A DNA stretch of 49,580 bases, filler included, from Dimargaris cristalligena (taxonomy: Eukaryota): NCBI GenBank assembly GCA_003614675.1. It is 2 parts of 2 records of this genome, joined end to end, with 100 filler letters (N's around TTAATTAATTAA, not from the genome) between each part and the next. Parts side by side here need not be neighbours in the genome. Positions count along the whole stretch, not along the records: positions 1 to 24,777 come from ML002576.1; 1 more part is not named here. The stretch is one strand, 5' to 3'. The first letter of the stretch is position 1. Every line of letters starts with the position of its first letter. The notes under the pieces are model-generated. The model had not been told where the DNA came from, made no database searches, and saw only the letters and a list, made by a program, of their open reading frames with translations. The position numbers were made by a program, and so were the translations under genes. Shown here one piece after another: positions 1-10,545 of this stretch.

Positions 1-569
1 GGAAAGTCTAGGGTAATAAATAGAAGGGAACGGGTAACACAGAAGGAAAGGGCATCAAGGATAGAAGGATATACAAAAAAGTCGGACAATAAAAAGGGTA
101 TTTTTAAATAAATAACAGTAAAAAAACATGGAGAGAATAACAATGAGGTAAAGGAACGGATAATGGAGAGAATAAGTAAGGGGGAGTGACAGTTGGTTAA
201 AGCAAATATAGAGGTACAAAATTACCCAGGAGGGTGCGTTTTCGTCAATATGCGGATGACTCGAGACAGTTAACAATCTGGCAGCACGCCAGTATAAATA
301 AAAAGACAAAAATGTGGAAATAATAAAACCAGAGATGCGGGCAATATTAGAATTAAAAGGGCGAGTGATCAACTAGGAAGCAAGATGGCGCATTTTTTAA
401 TAATCGAAATAATAATAAAACGAATGACCAGGGGAGGGCGGCCCGTAGGGAAGCTGGCCTAGAGTTGCTAAATCCATCTATATTGGTCGGTAATCCCCAA
501 TGAGTGAGTTGAAAGAGGAGGGGGGTGAAAGATGGCCAAGCGGAGCCCCCATGAGGAAAAGTATGGGGT

Positions 570-3500
570 TCAGGTGGCCGTGGAGGAAGTAGCCGAATCA
601 ACAGTAAGCTGGGATGTCGTTTCGGCAATGGAGCTCGGCAGTTGATTTGTAGGCAAGAAGGAAATACTCAGGTCAAGTAAAAACAGGTCCAGATCTTGCC
701 AACTGCCTCGACCAAATACCTGCACTGGACAGTCACTGGGGGTGATTTCGGACCGACGCTGAGAGGCGGTTGGTTCCCGACCCGGGCGAGTTAACGAGGA
801 GGAGCGCAGTCGACAGTGAGCTAATTTACCAACCTCACTGGAGGATCCGGGGTTAGCGGAATCCAATAGTTCGTGGTTATGGTGAAGGCCAAAGTAGTAT
901 TTGGCGGTCTGGATCCGGTAGGTGGAGATCGGCACGGGGGATTGGGCAACCACCTTGGCCACCGCAGTATCCAGGGAATCCTTCGTATCTAGGGCAACGC
1001 GCTGGGGTAGGTTGGCCAGGGCCACCAAAATGTCGCTAGTGGGTTCTTCGGTAGTTGAGCGAGTGCCCGTGCCAATATCGGTGGCTGCTCCGCCGATTGG
1101 GCGTCGATGGGAAGCCGAAGCAGGTCCGATGCGGGGGGACCCAGACTGGCGCGTCGTCCGAGTGAGGTGGCCTAGCGGGAGCTGCGGTGAATTGGGGGTC
1201 AGAATAAGGGACGATAGGGAGCGATCAGTGGTTCCTGATATCGGGGTTTTGGTGCGCGGGGAGTACGTTGACGAACCGGAAGAAGTGATGCTAGTGCGGC
1301 GAGGGCGCGGGGGAAGACGGTCGGTTCCACCCGAAGGGCCCCGTGACGGGTTGGTCATCGAGGACTGGGCCAGGGCTTGTCCAAGGCTGGGCATCGGGGC
1401 GTGGAGCGGCGGGGATCCCATCCGAGGCAGCCCTGCCATAAAACTGGTGGGACTTACCGACCGCCGAGGTAAACGCTGGCTGCTCATTGGTAGTACAGGC
1501 GGGGTGACCAAAAGTCGGGAGTAGCGGCCGCCATTAAGACGGTTGGTCGGGGTCTTGGCTCGGGTCAACAGGACATCCATATTGGTGAGGCCATCAACCG
1601 TGATAGCCGGCGAATCAGTGTCGGTATAACTCGGGGTGGCCGGGGCGGGGGAGGAGGCCCCAGGAGTACGAGACCGACTGGTGGATCCGCTGGAAGTCGC
1701 TCCCCCACCTTTGCCCCTGAGGGTCACAGTATAGGTGGCCCTGGGTAGCGCGGGACTTTCGAGCATTCGGTTAGCCAAGGAGGTCGGGGAGCCATAGGCG
1801 GTGGTGGGTCCTACGGGGGTAGTGGCCCGGGATTTGGCCCGGTCCCCTGGCGGGGACATGCGTTGCTGAATTGGCAAAGCGGGGACGGGTTGGCTGGGGT
1901 ACCCTTGACTGGGGGAGGTGGCCCTGGATCGCTGAGGGGTTTTGGGCCGGGGTAGGAGGGACGGGGTCTTGCACCGGCGTACCTCCAGGGACGAAACAGC
2001 TCGAGAAGATGATCCCATGGAGGCATCAAAGGACTTGCGGGTTAAGGGAGTCGGGGCCGGGGGACCGTTGATGTTGGGGGTCTTGGGTCGGGGCAAAAGG
2101 GAGCGCGGAACCGTGGGGGCGGACTTACGGGGGGCTAGGGTACCGGGCGGGGAGGAAGAATCGGCGACCGAAGTAGGGCCAGATACCGGGGAGAGCGGCG
2201 GCGACACCACCTGGCGGCTGGGCTCTTCCGAAATGCGGTACTGCTCCAGGGCCCTGATCAGGGGTCCAACCGTAGATAGTATGGCAACCGAGTCGGTATC
2301 AGTGCTGGATACGGAGGAAGTCGGCTGGCTCCCCGGGGACCCAATGATGTGGTTTAATTCCGCTTCCAGGTGGCACAGGCCCTCCTGCACTTCGTACCAA
2401 GTCTGCTGCAAGTCGTGGTAGTGGCGAACCAGGCCGGGTTTCCGCTGCTTGAGCACCTCCTTGTCATAACTGGTGGCGAGGTGGCGGAAAAGTTTAGTGA
2501 CGGTTTGCAGGGGCCGATGCCGCTGCTGATAGAAATTGGAGCGCACGGCTTCGATGCCGAGCCGTAGGTCGCGGGAATCGGAGGCGGTACTCTTCACTTT
2601 GATGATATCGCCCCGGGTGTCCTGAACGAGGTGAACTAGGTTATTCATATCGGCGGCAATTTCGGCGGAGAGATCCTCGAAAATGTAGACCCAGCGCTCG
2701 GAAATGACGCGGCGCTTTAGCAGCTCTAAATGGTCGCGTAGGTCCTCCCACTCGCGAACTACCACGTCATAGAATTCCTGGAAAGTCAAAAAGGGGCTGT
2801 CGGTGGGCAAAAGGTGGTTCAACTGAATGCTGATAAATTTGCTGACGCGGGTCCGAAGGTGCTGCAGTCGGGGCTCGAATGAAGCCACTTGCTGATGGAG
2901 ACGGGCCAGGGCATGGTCCTCTTGGCGTTGGATTTTCTCAGTGGCAATGCCCAAGAAGGACTTGGAGGTGGCCACAACGGGGGCGGGGGATTCGGAGGTA
3001 TAATGATGATGGGCGGGGGAGACGCAGGGGGCATGGGTGGCGGTCCACTGACGTTCAAAGGCCTCGACGCTGCCCACATACTGACGTATATCGGTTTGCA
3101 TATGATAAATGGCGGCATAAAGCTCGTCAGCGTACTGTGCCTCGAGGAGTTGCTTCTTGATATGACCGAAGTTGAGATTAATGATTTTCCAATCGGCCAG
3201 GATGCGATGGAGCAGTACCTTGGCCTGATTGGCCTGTTGGTCGCGCAGGGCCTGTTCATCGGGCGGTAAACTGGCCTGGATGCGCTCAATGCGGGACTGG
3301 ATACTGTCGCCCAATTCGCAGAGTAGCTCCATGGTGGGGGTGAAATCCTTCATCATGGCGGCGAATTCCAGGCAGGAGCGGTTGCTGTCGGGTATGGCGC
3401 GGATATCGATGGACTCAAGATAGACTTTGGCGGCCTCCAGCCAGAGCTCGACCTCCCGGGCACCACTGCCGAAGTTGTCGAGCATTTGGGGTAGGGACAC

Positions 3501-3701
3501 GGAGGCATGCTTGGTGCTGTCCCGGCGGACACTGGAACGGCGAGTCAAACGACCTAGGGTAGCGGTGGGGGGCTCGGGAGCGCCGGGACGTGGGGCTAGC
3601 CGGGGCGACAGGGCCAGGACCTGGTCGATGGTGTCGCCCTGGGCCGAGAGGGCATCCTCATAGACCGAGGAGTCGGAGGCGTAGGAGGTAGCGGACGCCA
3701 T
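570..3701 (-). CDS. KAR9-like karyogamy/spindle-positioning protein with C-terminal GAR (Gas2)-like microtubule-binding segment
   Basis: Uninterrupted 1043-aa ORF. Helical N-terminal region with KAR9-like 'ELLKRRVISERWVYIFEDLS', long S/P/T/R-rich middle, C-terminal 'DSLDTAVAKVV...KYYFG...KLAHCRL...VQVFGRGSWQDLDLFL' resembling the GAR motif VRVGGGW..L..FL. Family recognised by eye. Confidence 0.65.
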   Translation of the reverse strand: MASATSYASDSSVYEDALSAQGDTIDQVLALSPRLAPRPGAPEPPTATLGRLTRRSSVRRDSTKHASVSLPQMLDNFGSGAREVELWLEAAKVYLESIDIRAIPDSNRSCLEFAAMMKDFTPTMELLCELGDSIQSRIERIQASLPPDEQALRDQQANQAKVLLHRILADWKIINLNFGHIKKQLLEAQYADELYAAIYHMQTDIRQYVGSVEAFERQWTATHAPCVSPAHHHYTSESPAPVVATSKSFLGIATEKIQRQEDHALARLHQQVASFEPRLQHLRTRVSKFISIQLNHLLPTDSPFLTFQEFYDVVVREWEDLRDHLELLKRRVISERWVYIFEDLSAEIAADMNNLVHLVQDTRGDIIKVKSTASDSRDLRLGIEAVRSNFYQQRHRPLQTVTKLFRHLATSYDKEVLKQRKPGLVRHYHDLQQTWYEVQEGLCHLEAELNHIIGSPGSQPTSSVSSTDTDSVAILSTVGPLIRALEQYRISEEPSRQVVSPPLSPVSGPTSVADSSSPPGTLAPRKSAPTVPRSLLPRPKTPNINGPPAPTPLTRKSFDASMGSSSRAVSSLEVRRCKTPSLLPRPKTPQRSRATSPSQGYPSQPVPALPIQQRMSPPGDRAKSRATTPVGPTTAYGSPTSLANRMLESPALPRATYTVTLRGKGGGATSSGSTSRSRTPGASSPAPATPSYTDTDSPAITVDGLTNMDVLLTRAKTPTNRLNGGRYSRLLVTPPVLPMSSQRLPRRSVSPTSFMAGLPRMGSPPLHAPMPSLGQALAQSSMTNPSRGPSGGTDRLPPRPRRTSITSSGSSTYSPRTKTPISGTTDRSLSSLILTPNSPQLPLGHLTRTTRQSGSPRIGPASASHRRPIGGAATDIGTGTRSTTEEPTSDILVALANLPQRVALDTKDSLDTAVAKVVAQSPVPISTYRIQTAKYYFGLHHNHELLDSANPGSSSEVGKLAHCRLRSSSLTRPGREPTASQRRSEITPSDCPVQVFGRGSWQDLDLFLLDLSISFLPTNQLPSSIAETTSQLTVDSATSSTAT

Positions 3702-3947
3702 CCGGCGGTAGAGAGGGGAAGCAGTGAGGGGCGGTGGGAGATTAGGTCGGGATGGGTAGGGTTGGGGGGATTATAGCAGAGAGGGGAGGAATTCGTGGAT
3801 GGAGAGGAGGGACTAGCTGGTGAAAGGATAGATATATCCAGCGGGGCAGAAACCCAGGGCAACCGAAGCGGAAGAGAAAGGGAAAGGGAGAAGTCCAAAG
3901 AAAGTATTTCGGTTTAGTACGGGCCGGCTAGGAATATTGGGGGAGGG

Positions 3948-3979
3948 AGAGAGAGAGAGATAGATAGAGAAAGAGAGAG
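3948..3979. repeat. (GA)n/(GATA)n microsatellite in the upstream region of the KAR9-like gene
   Basis: gagagagagagagatagatagagaaagagagag. Confidence 0.8.
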
Positions 3980-5102
3980 GGCTTGGGTGTGCATACAAAG
4001 GAGGAAGAATAGTAGTCATAGTGATAATAATGACTGGGTGGTGTAGTCTGTCTATATGCGCATTCAGGGGGGAAGGCCTTTTATGGGGAGAGAATATATA
4101 ATAGCCATTGCTTAGAAAGAGGAATGTATGCAGACGGCGGCTGCATTGCCGTGAGGATTTCAATTTCAAGGGGAGATCAATAATAATTACGGTCGGCTAG
4201 CCGGCTCAGTCACGTTGGGTAAATAATATAGGCCTATTCAAGGGTTTCTTCCCATTGAGCCACTACTGCTATAATAGTATATAATTGGCCTTCTATAGCC
4301 CACGGTTAATGGAGTGATGGTGGTGGAGATGGTTTGCCAGGGCAGGGGGCCCTCCTCTTCCTTCTCCTCCAACCAGCGACGGGAGGGGGCTGCGGCACTT
4401 GACCTATCATCATATATCCTATAATAGCTATTACCTATGCGCATACGGTCCAAGCGTCGTCGTGGCCCTTTTGGATTTTTCCTGCCAAAACTATATGCAT
4501 AGACAGCCAACCACACTAGAGAAACGCCAGGTGAGAGAACGTGTGGGGTATTTACCTTGGCTCGCTTTGGCCTGCTTTTCCTTTCCTTCTTTCTCATTCT
4601 TTCTTTCGTTATCGTTTAAATATTCTTTTCGTATCGTCGTCGTTCCCTGCCCTTGGATACTCTCCGTCCGTTTCTCTCACACACATCTCCCTCGTTCTCC
4701 GTGCCAAGTGCCCGCCTTTTTCCTCTGCTTGGCCAATGTCGCCCGCCGTGTGCTCGCCTGTCTATTCTCCTCTTGCTTACCTCGCCTTCTCGCTTTAACC
4801 CTTCCCTCGCCTCTGCGGTATACGCCGGTCCTTTTTATCACTACTTATTTATTTATTTAACTAGCTCACCCTCCCCGCTCGCAAACCTTCTTTTTATTTA
4901 GCCTCGCTTTGTGCTAATTGACCCGGGCGCGACCCCTCCTTCCTTGTTCTCTTTCGGCGCACTTCTCTATTCGGTGAACTGCTATTAATATACTTACTAC
5001 TCACTTATATTACCGCTTCGGTAGATACCCTATCCACACACTTTTCCTACATTGTTACTAACACTCTCCCCCTCCGCCCTGTGTGCGGCCCCTGCGCTTC
5101 CC

Positions 5103-6418
5103 ATGAACGAACTGACCAAAGTTCCCAGCTTCAGCGAACCCGATCTTTTTCACTGCACCCCCGTGGCTGCGGATCCAGGAGGTCAGTTCGTAAGCCAATC
5201 CGACTTTCTTGCTCTACCGGTGCCGCCCGTCACTCCACGTCTATGCACTCAAGGCTCGGGGGGTCTTGGCCTTGACCGGTCTTCCTCCCAGGCCACCACC
5301 GCTGGCATGTCCTCCATCAAGTCTCCCTTCATGTCACTGGTGGCCACCCCCCTCCCCGAAACCATGTCGTTCGCCACTCCCACCCTACCCATCATTGACA
5401 ATGCCGTTAACGTGCCTTACGACGACCCCCCCAATCCCACTCCCCGACACTTTGAACTTCCTCCAGTCCCCCCATATCTTGGATGCTCCCTCGCTGTTAA
5501 GCTGGGCCGCCTTTACACCCCAGTTTACGCCTATCCAGAATCCCGCCATTCTCTTCACCCCCCCAAGAGACCGCCCACGCGGAATTCCCTACTCCCCAGA
5601 CAATGCTGCTTCAAGACTCCCTGCAAAACAGCCCCACTATTGACTTTGACTCCCAATACCCCGACCTATTCAGTCCATTTTTTCCCGGGGGTCAGCTAAT
5701 AAGCCCCACCACTCCCTTCAACCCGACCGTCCTGTTTAGTCCTGCTCCCCAACCCGGCCTATCCACCCCCTTCGAATATCCGTTCAGTTTATATCAGCCT
5801 ACTCCCGATGTACCCTATATGGACCACACCGCCGACCTCAACCCGTCCACCAGTCTATTCGCACCGCTCGATGAGGTGTCCGAACCCCTATCCGACGTGA
5901 CCCGCATTCACCTCGATGCGTCCCCCTCTTCGACCCAGCGCTCCAATTCCACCACTACTGCCGCTGCTGAACGCCCTGGCCCCGTACCTTCCGATGTCCA
6001 GCCTCCCCGCCACCGCTCCGTCAAACGCCGGAAAGTAAGCCAAGGCTCCGAACATACCCCACCTTCGACCGACGAGGGCGCATCCTCCTCTACTTCCCCA
6101 CCCCCATCCGGCAAGCGCTCCGACAAGCGGCGATTCCCCTGCCACTTCGAAGGATGCACCTTTGTGTCCGCCCGAGCTTATAATCTGCGCACCCACGAAC
6201 AGACCCATTACCCTAACCAGGCCCGTGTCTTCAGGTGCGACCAGTGCTCCAAGGCGTTTAGTCGTCGCCATGATTTGGCAAGGCATAAATCGTCCTTACA
6301 CCAGGGAGAGCGGCAGTACGAGTGTTCCCATTGTAATAAGAGCTTCTCTCGGAACGATGCCCTTCAGCGCCATCTACTGAAATTCCCTAAACAGGACTGC
6401 CAGGCTGATTCTGGATAA
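5103..6418 (+). CDS. Crz1/CrzA-like C2H2 zinc-finger transcription factor; finger-bearing ORF 5603-6418, upstream part apparently split over frames at 5426-5432 and 5558-5564
   Basis: Three C2H2 fingers (CHFEGC..RAYNLRTHEQTH; CDQC.KAFSRRHDLARHKSSLH; GERQYECSHC.KSFSRNDALQRHL) match the Crz1 RAYNLR/R.HD..RH/R.DAL.RH pattern. SP/TP-rich N-terminus with a PxIxIT-like PTIDFD. 5' structure is uncertain (see findings). Confidence 0.75.
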
Positions 6419-6838
6419 TGGCGCCGCTCTATCGTATAGCCCCCTTTCCTCTCCTCCTCGCATATCCATGTATTTATTTTCACTCATTTATTATAACCAC
6501 CCCCCCTTCCTTCATTTCCAGGCCTTCCCTTAATAATCTCACTCATTACCACAGTGCCCAAAATCCCCCTCACCATGTTTGGTGGATTTTTACACCGGTT
6601 TTGAACAACACTTTCCCTCACCATTCCACCCATTATTACCACCACCATTAACCTATTTGTTCTATTTGTTTTAAACCCACTTCATTTTTTGGTCTCCGCA
6701 TACCCGGATCATTTGTTATATTTGTTTTTGGTTATTAGTTCCCCACAAGTACTAGCTCATTGGCTGTCTTACTTCCTCCGGTCCCCGACCACGCCGTTTA
6801 TTTAACCTATTTAATGCTTATTCCCCACCTGAGTGCGG

Positions 6839-6856
6839 ATATATATATATATATAT
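6839..6856. repeat. (AT)n microsatellite; similar tracts near 7735, 17055, 22546, 24445 and 47292
   Basis: Runs of about 8-10 AT units in introns and intergenic DNA. Confidence 0.8.
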
Positions 6857-8004
6857 ACTTTCACCATTTCCGTGGTCCTGTTGGCCTCCTCCATGAGCCC
6901 ATGATCAGGCCAGGTATATGAGCAGCTATAAGGTGCGGCTGATCTCTGGAACTTCCCAGCGCCTACCTGCCATGTCGCCTAGTTTGCTAGGGTGGGGGGT
7001 ATGGGGTCTCCACCCCCCTTTACGGCCCGATGGGGCTACTATTTTCGAGTTACCTATTCGTCCTGGAAATATAGATATGTGCCTCTCTATAACACCCAAC
7101 GTTTAACATATATTTAATCATTGGAGAGGGCTGGTGATAGTGCCATCCTTCCAACCATTCGGAAGACTGACGCTCTCGCTGGTAAGCCTCGCGGACAGAT
7201 GGCCGGTTAGGAAGTGAAATATTTCTTTCCCTAACTCTCGGCAAACCCATGTCCATTTTGGTAAATTTTGGCACCTGTTTGGTACTATTTTTTTATATTA
7301 TTATTAATGAAGAACAAACTGAACAGGTCACTCTGAATCCTAATTGGAATTTCCGAATGAGACCGGCCTGGATAATTTAATACTGGTATCTAGAGCGCAT
7401 CTTTGGGTCAAGACTGCAGCCCAATAGGAGAAGGGAGGAGGGCTTTGCTCTGGGGCTAATCTCCCTCTTAGGCCCAGCGAAATTGTGACTAGTCATGGGT
7501 AGATGATTGGTGCTTGGAGTTATGAATAACACTGAAGTTCCCATGGGGAACATACGACTGCCCTGCGAGATGTTATTAATGGGCCCCGTGATGAAATGTA
7601 ATAGGCTCTTCCGAAAAAGCAGTCCAAACCTGGCTATAAAGATATGCGAAAGAGGGAGAGAAGGGCTTAATCAGGGATTGGGGGAGGTGAAGTATACACT
7701 TGAATGGGACTGGCATGTGCACTTCGTTGAAATTTATATATATATATATATATGGTGTGCCCCTCCCCCTACCTCAACCGTCTCTTAGCGTCCCTGCGGT
7801 TACTTTTGATTTTACCCACTGAGCAAGGCTTCCCTCTCTCTCTTTCTCCCCGTTCTCCTTCTCTACTTTCTTATTACTACTCGTACACAGTCACCCTGGT
7901 CATTTTTCATTGAAACCCCGTATTTGTCTACCTTGCCCTCTCATCTCCCCAGCAGCGAGTTGTTCGTGTAATATACCTTAGCCTCTCTTTCCGAGTTCCG
8001 CAAT

Positions 8005-9812
8005 ATGGCTCCCTCCCTAATTAGCACCGTCATTACCTCGGCAGGTAAGCCCAGCTGGATTCGGATAACCTATTATAGTACCCGGCGGAGTCCTCATTCA
8101 GCTTCCAATCCCACTCTTCCCACCGCCCAGCTAATATAATAAACCAGGTGGTCTATACTAAGTAGTTCGCTTCTCCCACCTAACTAACACCAACCCACCC
8201 ACCACCACCACCACCACACAACCTAACCACAGTCCGTACCCCCGTCGGTTGCTTCGGCGGCTCACTCTCCAAGCTTAGCGCCACCGCCCTCGGTGCCCAC
8301 GCCGTTAAGAATGCCATTAGTCGCTCTGGTACGTTTACTATTGATGCTGGAAGCCAAAGTCTGGGCTTTTAGGCAGTCGGATTAAAAAGGGGTCACTGTG
8401 GGTCAGTCTAATTGTTCCCCTACTTTTATTCCGCCCACCCTTTTAGCTGCCCACCTAGAAATCCAGTTCTCTTCTTCAGATCGGCTAGATTGTATTACAC
8501 ATCTAATTAACCCCCGTGTTTTGAATCGAATACTTTTCTCTTACAATCTATATCAGGTATCAAACCGGGACAGGTCGAGGAGGTCTACATGGGCAACGTT
8601 CTCCAGGCTAGTCTTGGCCAGGCCCCGGCTACCCAGGTCGCTCTTGCTGCAGGTAAGCATCTATTATTGTGTATAAAAACCGCGGCTACTGGCCGGTAGT
8701 CTATAGTTAACACAGGTCCGGCTTTCGTATTGAATTCTGAACCCTGTCCCTTCTATTGACAGGTGGTATTCGAAGATGCACCTTTCCATCACCACCTCCT
8801 ATGTGTAATATACTCATCACGCACTTCACTACGCTATTTACATGATGACTTTTCATTTCTACCTCCAGGCTGCGAGCCGACTACCCCGGCCACTACTATC
8901 AACAAGGTGTGCGCTTCTGGTATGAAGGCGGTCATGTTGGCTGCCCAGAATATCCAAACCGGCACCACCGGAATCATGGTGGCTGGCGGGATGGAGAGCA
9001 TGTCCAATGCCCCGTATTTGGCCCCCCGTGGTGCCAGTTTCGGTCACCAGAAGTTGGAGGACAGCATCATTAAGGATGGTCTGTGGGATGTCTACGATCA
9101 AGTGCACATGGGGTCCTGCGCCGAACGAACCGCCGAAAAGTTCAAGATCTCCCGGGAAGTCCAAGATGAACATGCCATCACCTCTTACAAGCGCGCCGCG
9201 GCCGCTTGGGAAAACGGTATCTTCAAAAACGAGGTAGTGCCCGTCACCCTAACCTCCCGCAAGGGCGAGGTTATCATCGAGAAGGATGAGGAGTTCACCA
9301 AGGTGAATTTCGCCAAGATCGCCTCCCTGGCCCCGGTCTTTAAGAAACAGGGTGGTACCGTCACTGCGGCCAACGCTAGTACACTGAACGACGGTGCATC
9401 AGCCATGGTCCTGATGGCCGAGGAGCGGGCCAAGGAACTCGGTGCCCAGCCTTTAGCCCGCATCGTGTCCTATGCCGATGCGGCCACCCACCCCTACGAA
9501 TTCACCATCGCTCCGTCGTTGGCCGTCCCCATTGCCCTGAAGCGCGCCGGCCTGCAGTTGTCCGATATCAGTTTATTCGAATTCAACGAGGCGTTCAGCG
9601 TGGTCGCCCGCGTGAACGAACAGTTGTTGGGCATCGACCCGGAGAAGTGCAACATCGCTGGTGGAGCCGTGGCCCTGGGACACCCAATTGGGTCATCGGG
9701 CTGTCGTATCCTCGTCACCCTGACCCACTTGCTTAAGCCGGGCCAGTTTGGTGTGGCTAGCGTGTGTAACGGCGGAGGCGGTGCCAGTGCTGTGGTGATC
9801 CAACGCCTTTAA
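8005..9812 (+). CDS. ERG10: Acetyl-CoA C-acetyltransferase (thiolase II); exons 8005-8044, 8233-8328, 8557-8652, 8869-9812
   Basis: Spliced protein [26 protein letters not shown]...[18 protein letters not shown]...[10 protein letters not shown] (catalytic Cys), [21 protein letters not shown]. All three introns GT-AG with consistent phase. Confidence 0.95.
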
Positions 9813-10545
9813 CGTAAATTATAATTTCGCCTTGCTTGCGTTTTCAGAAGATGTAAGCTATTTAAGTGCTGATTTTACTTTGTTACAGGTGCTTTTAATA
9901 CATAAATATATAAATATACAAATAAAATGATTGATATTGAATATTCGAGTATGCCATAGGCAGTTGGAGTAATTTTTATGCAGTGGTTTCTCTATTGCCC
10001 GCAAGAGGTTGTGGGGGTTTGGCTTATTATAGTTGACTGCGGGACTAATGAATACAATGTTATATAGTGCGATATCTGTGGCTGGTGAATACTGTGTTAT
10101 GTAGAAATCACTATCTATGAATTTCTTGGCATGGTTGTTCCCAGAGGTCGCCCCGCCTTCATAACCTAAAAATGGGATCTATCAGATGTTTACAGTTTAT
10201 CAACACTCCCATCGTCACACCAAGACTGAAGAACCTACTGTACGTCACCCATGAGCACTCACACTTAATTTGGGCATTCTGGGTCTTGAGTGTAGATAAT
10301 TCCCACCAATCCCGCCAGCCAACAGGACCTCCTGCTATAAAAGGCCCTCTTCCTACCGGGAAAATTTCCGAAAAGCGTTACTTACTATTTTATAATGTCA
10401 CCTGGTCAACTTCCTCATCCGACTCCCAAATGCTACCAAATACTCACCCTTGTTATACCTAATCACACTAAATCCGGTACCCTCCCCCCATCTCTCTATA
10501 CAATATTGCCGGCTTAGACCTGCCAGCAGCCACATTTTATATTTT

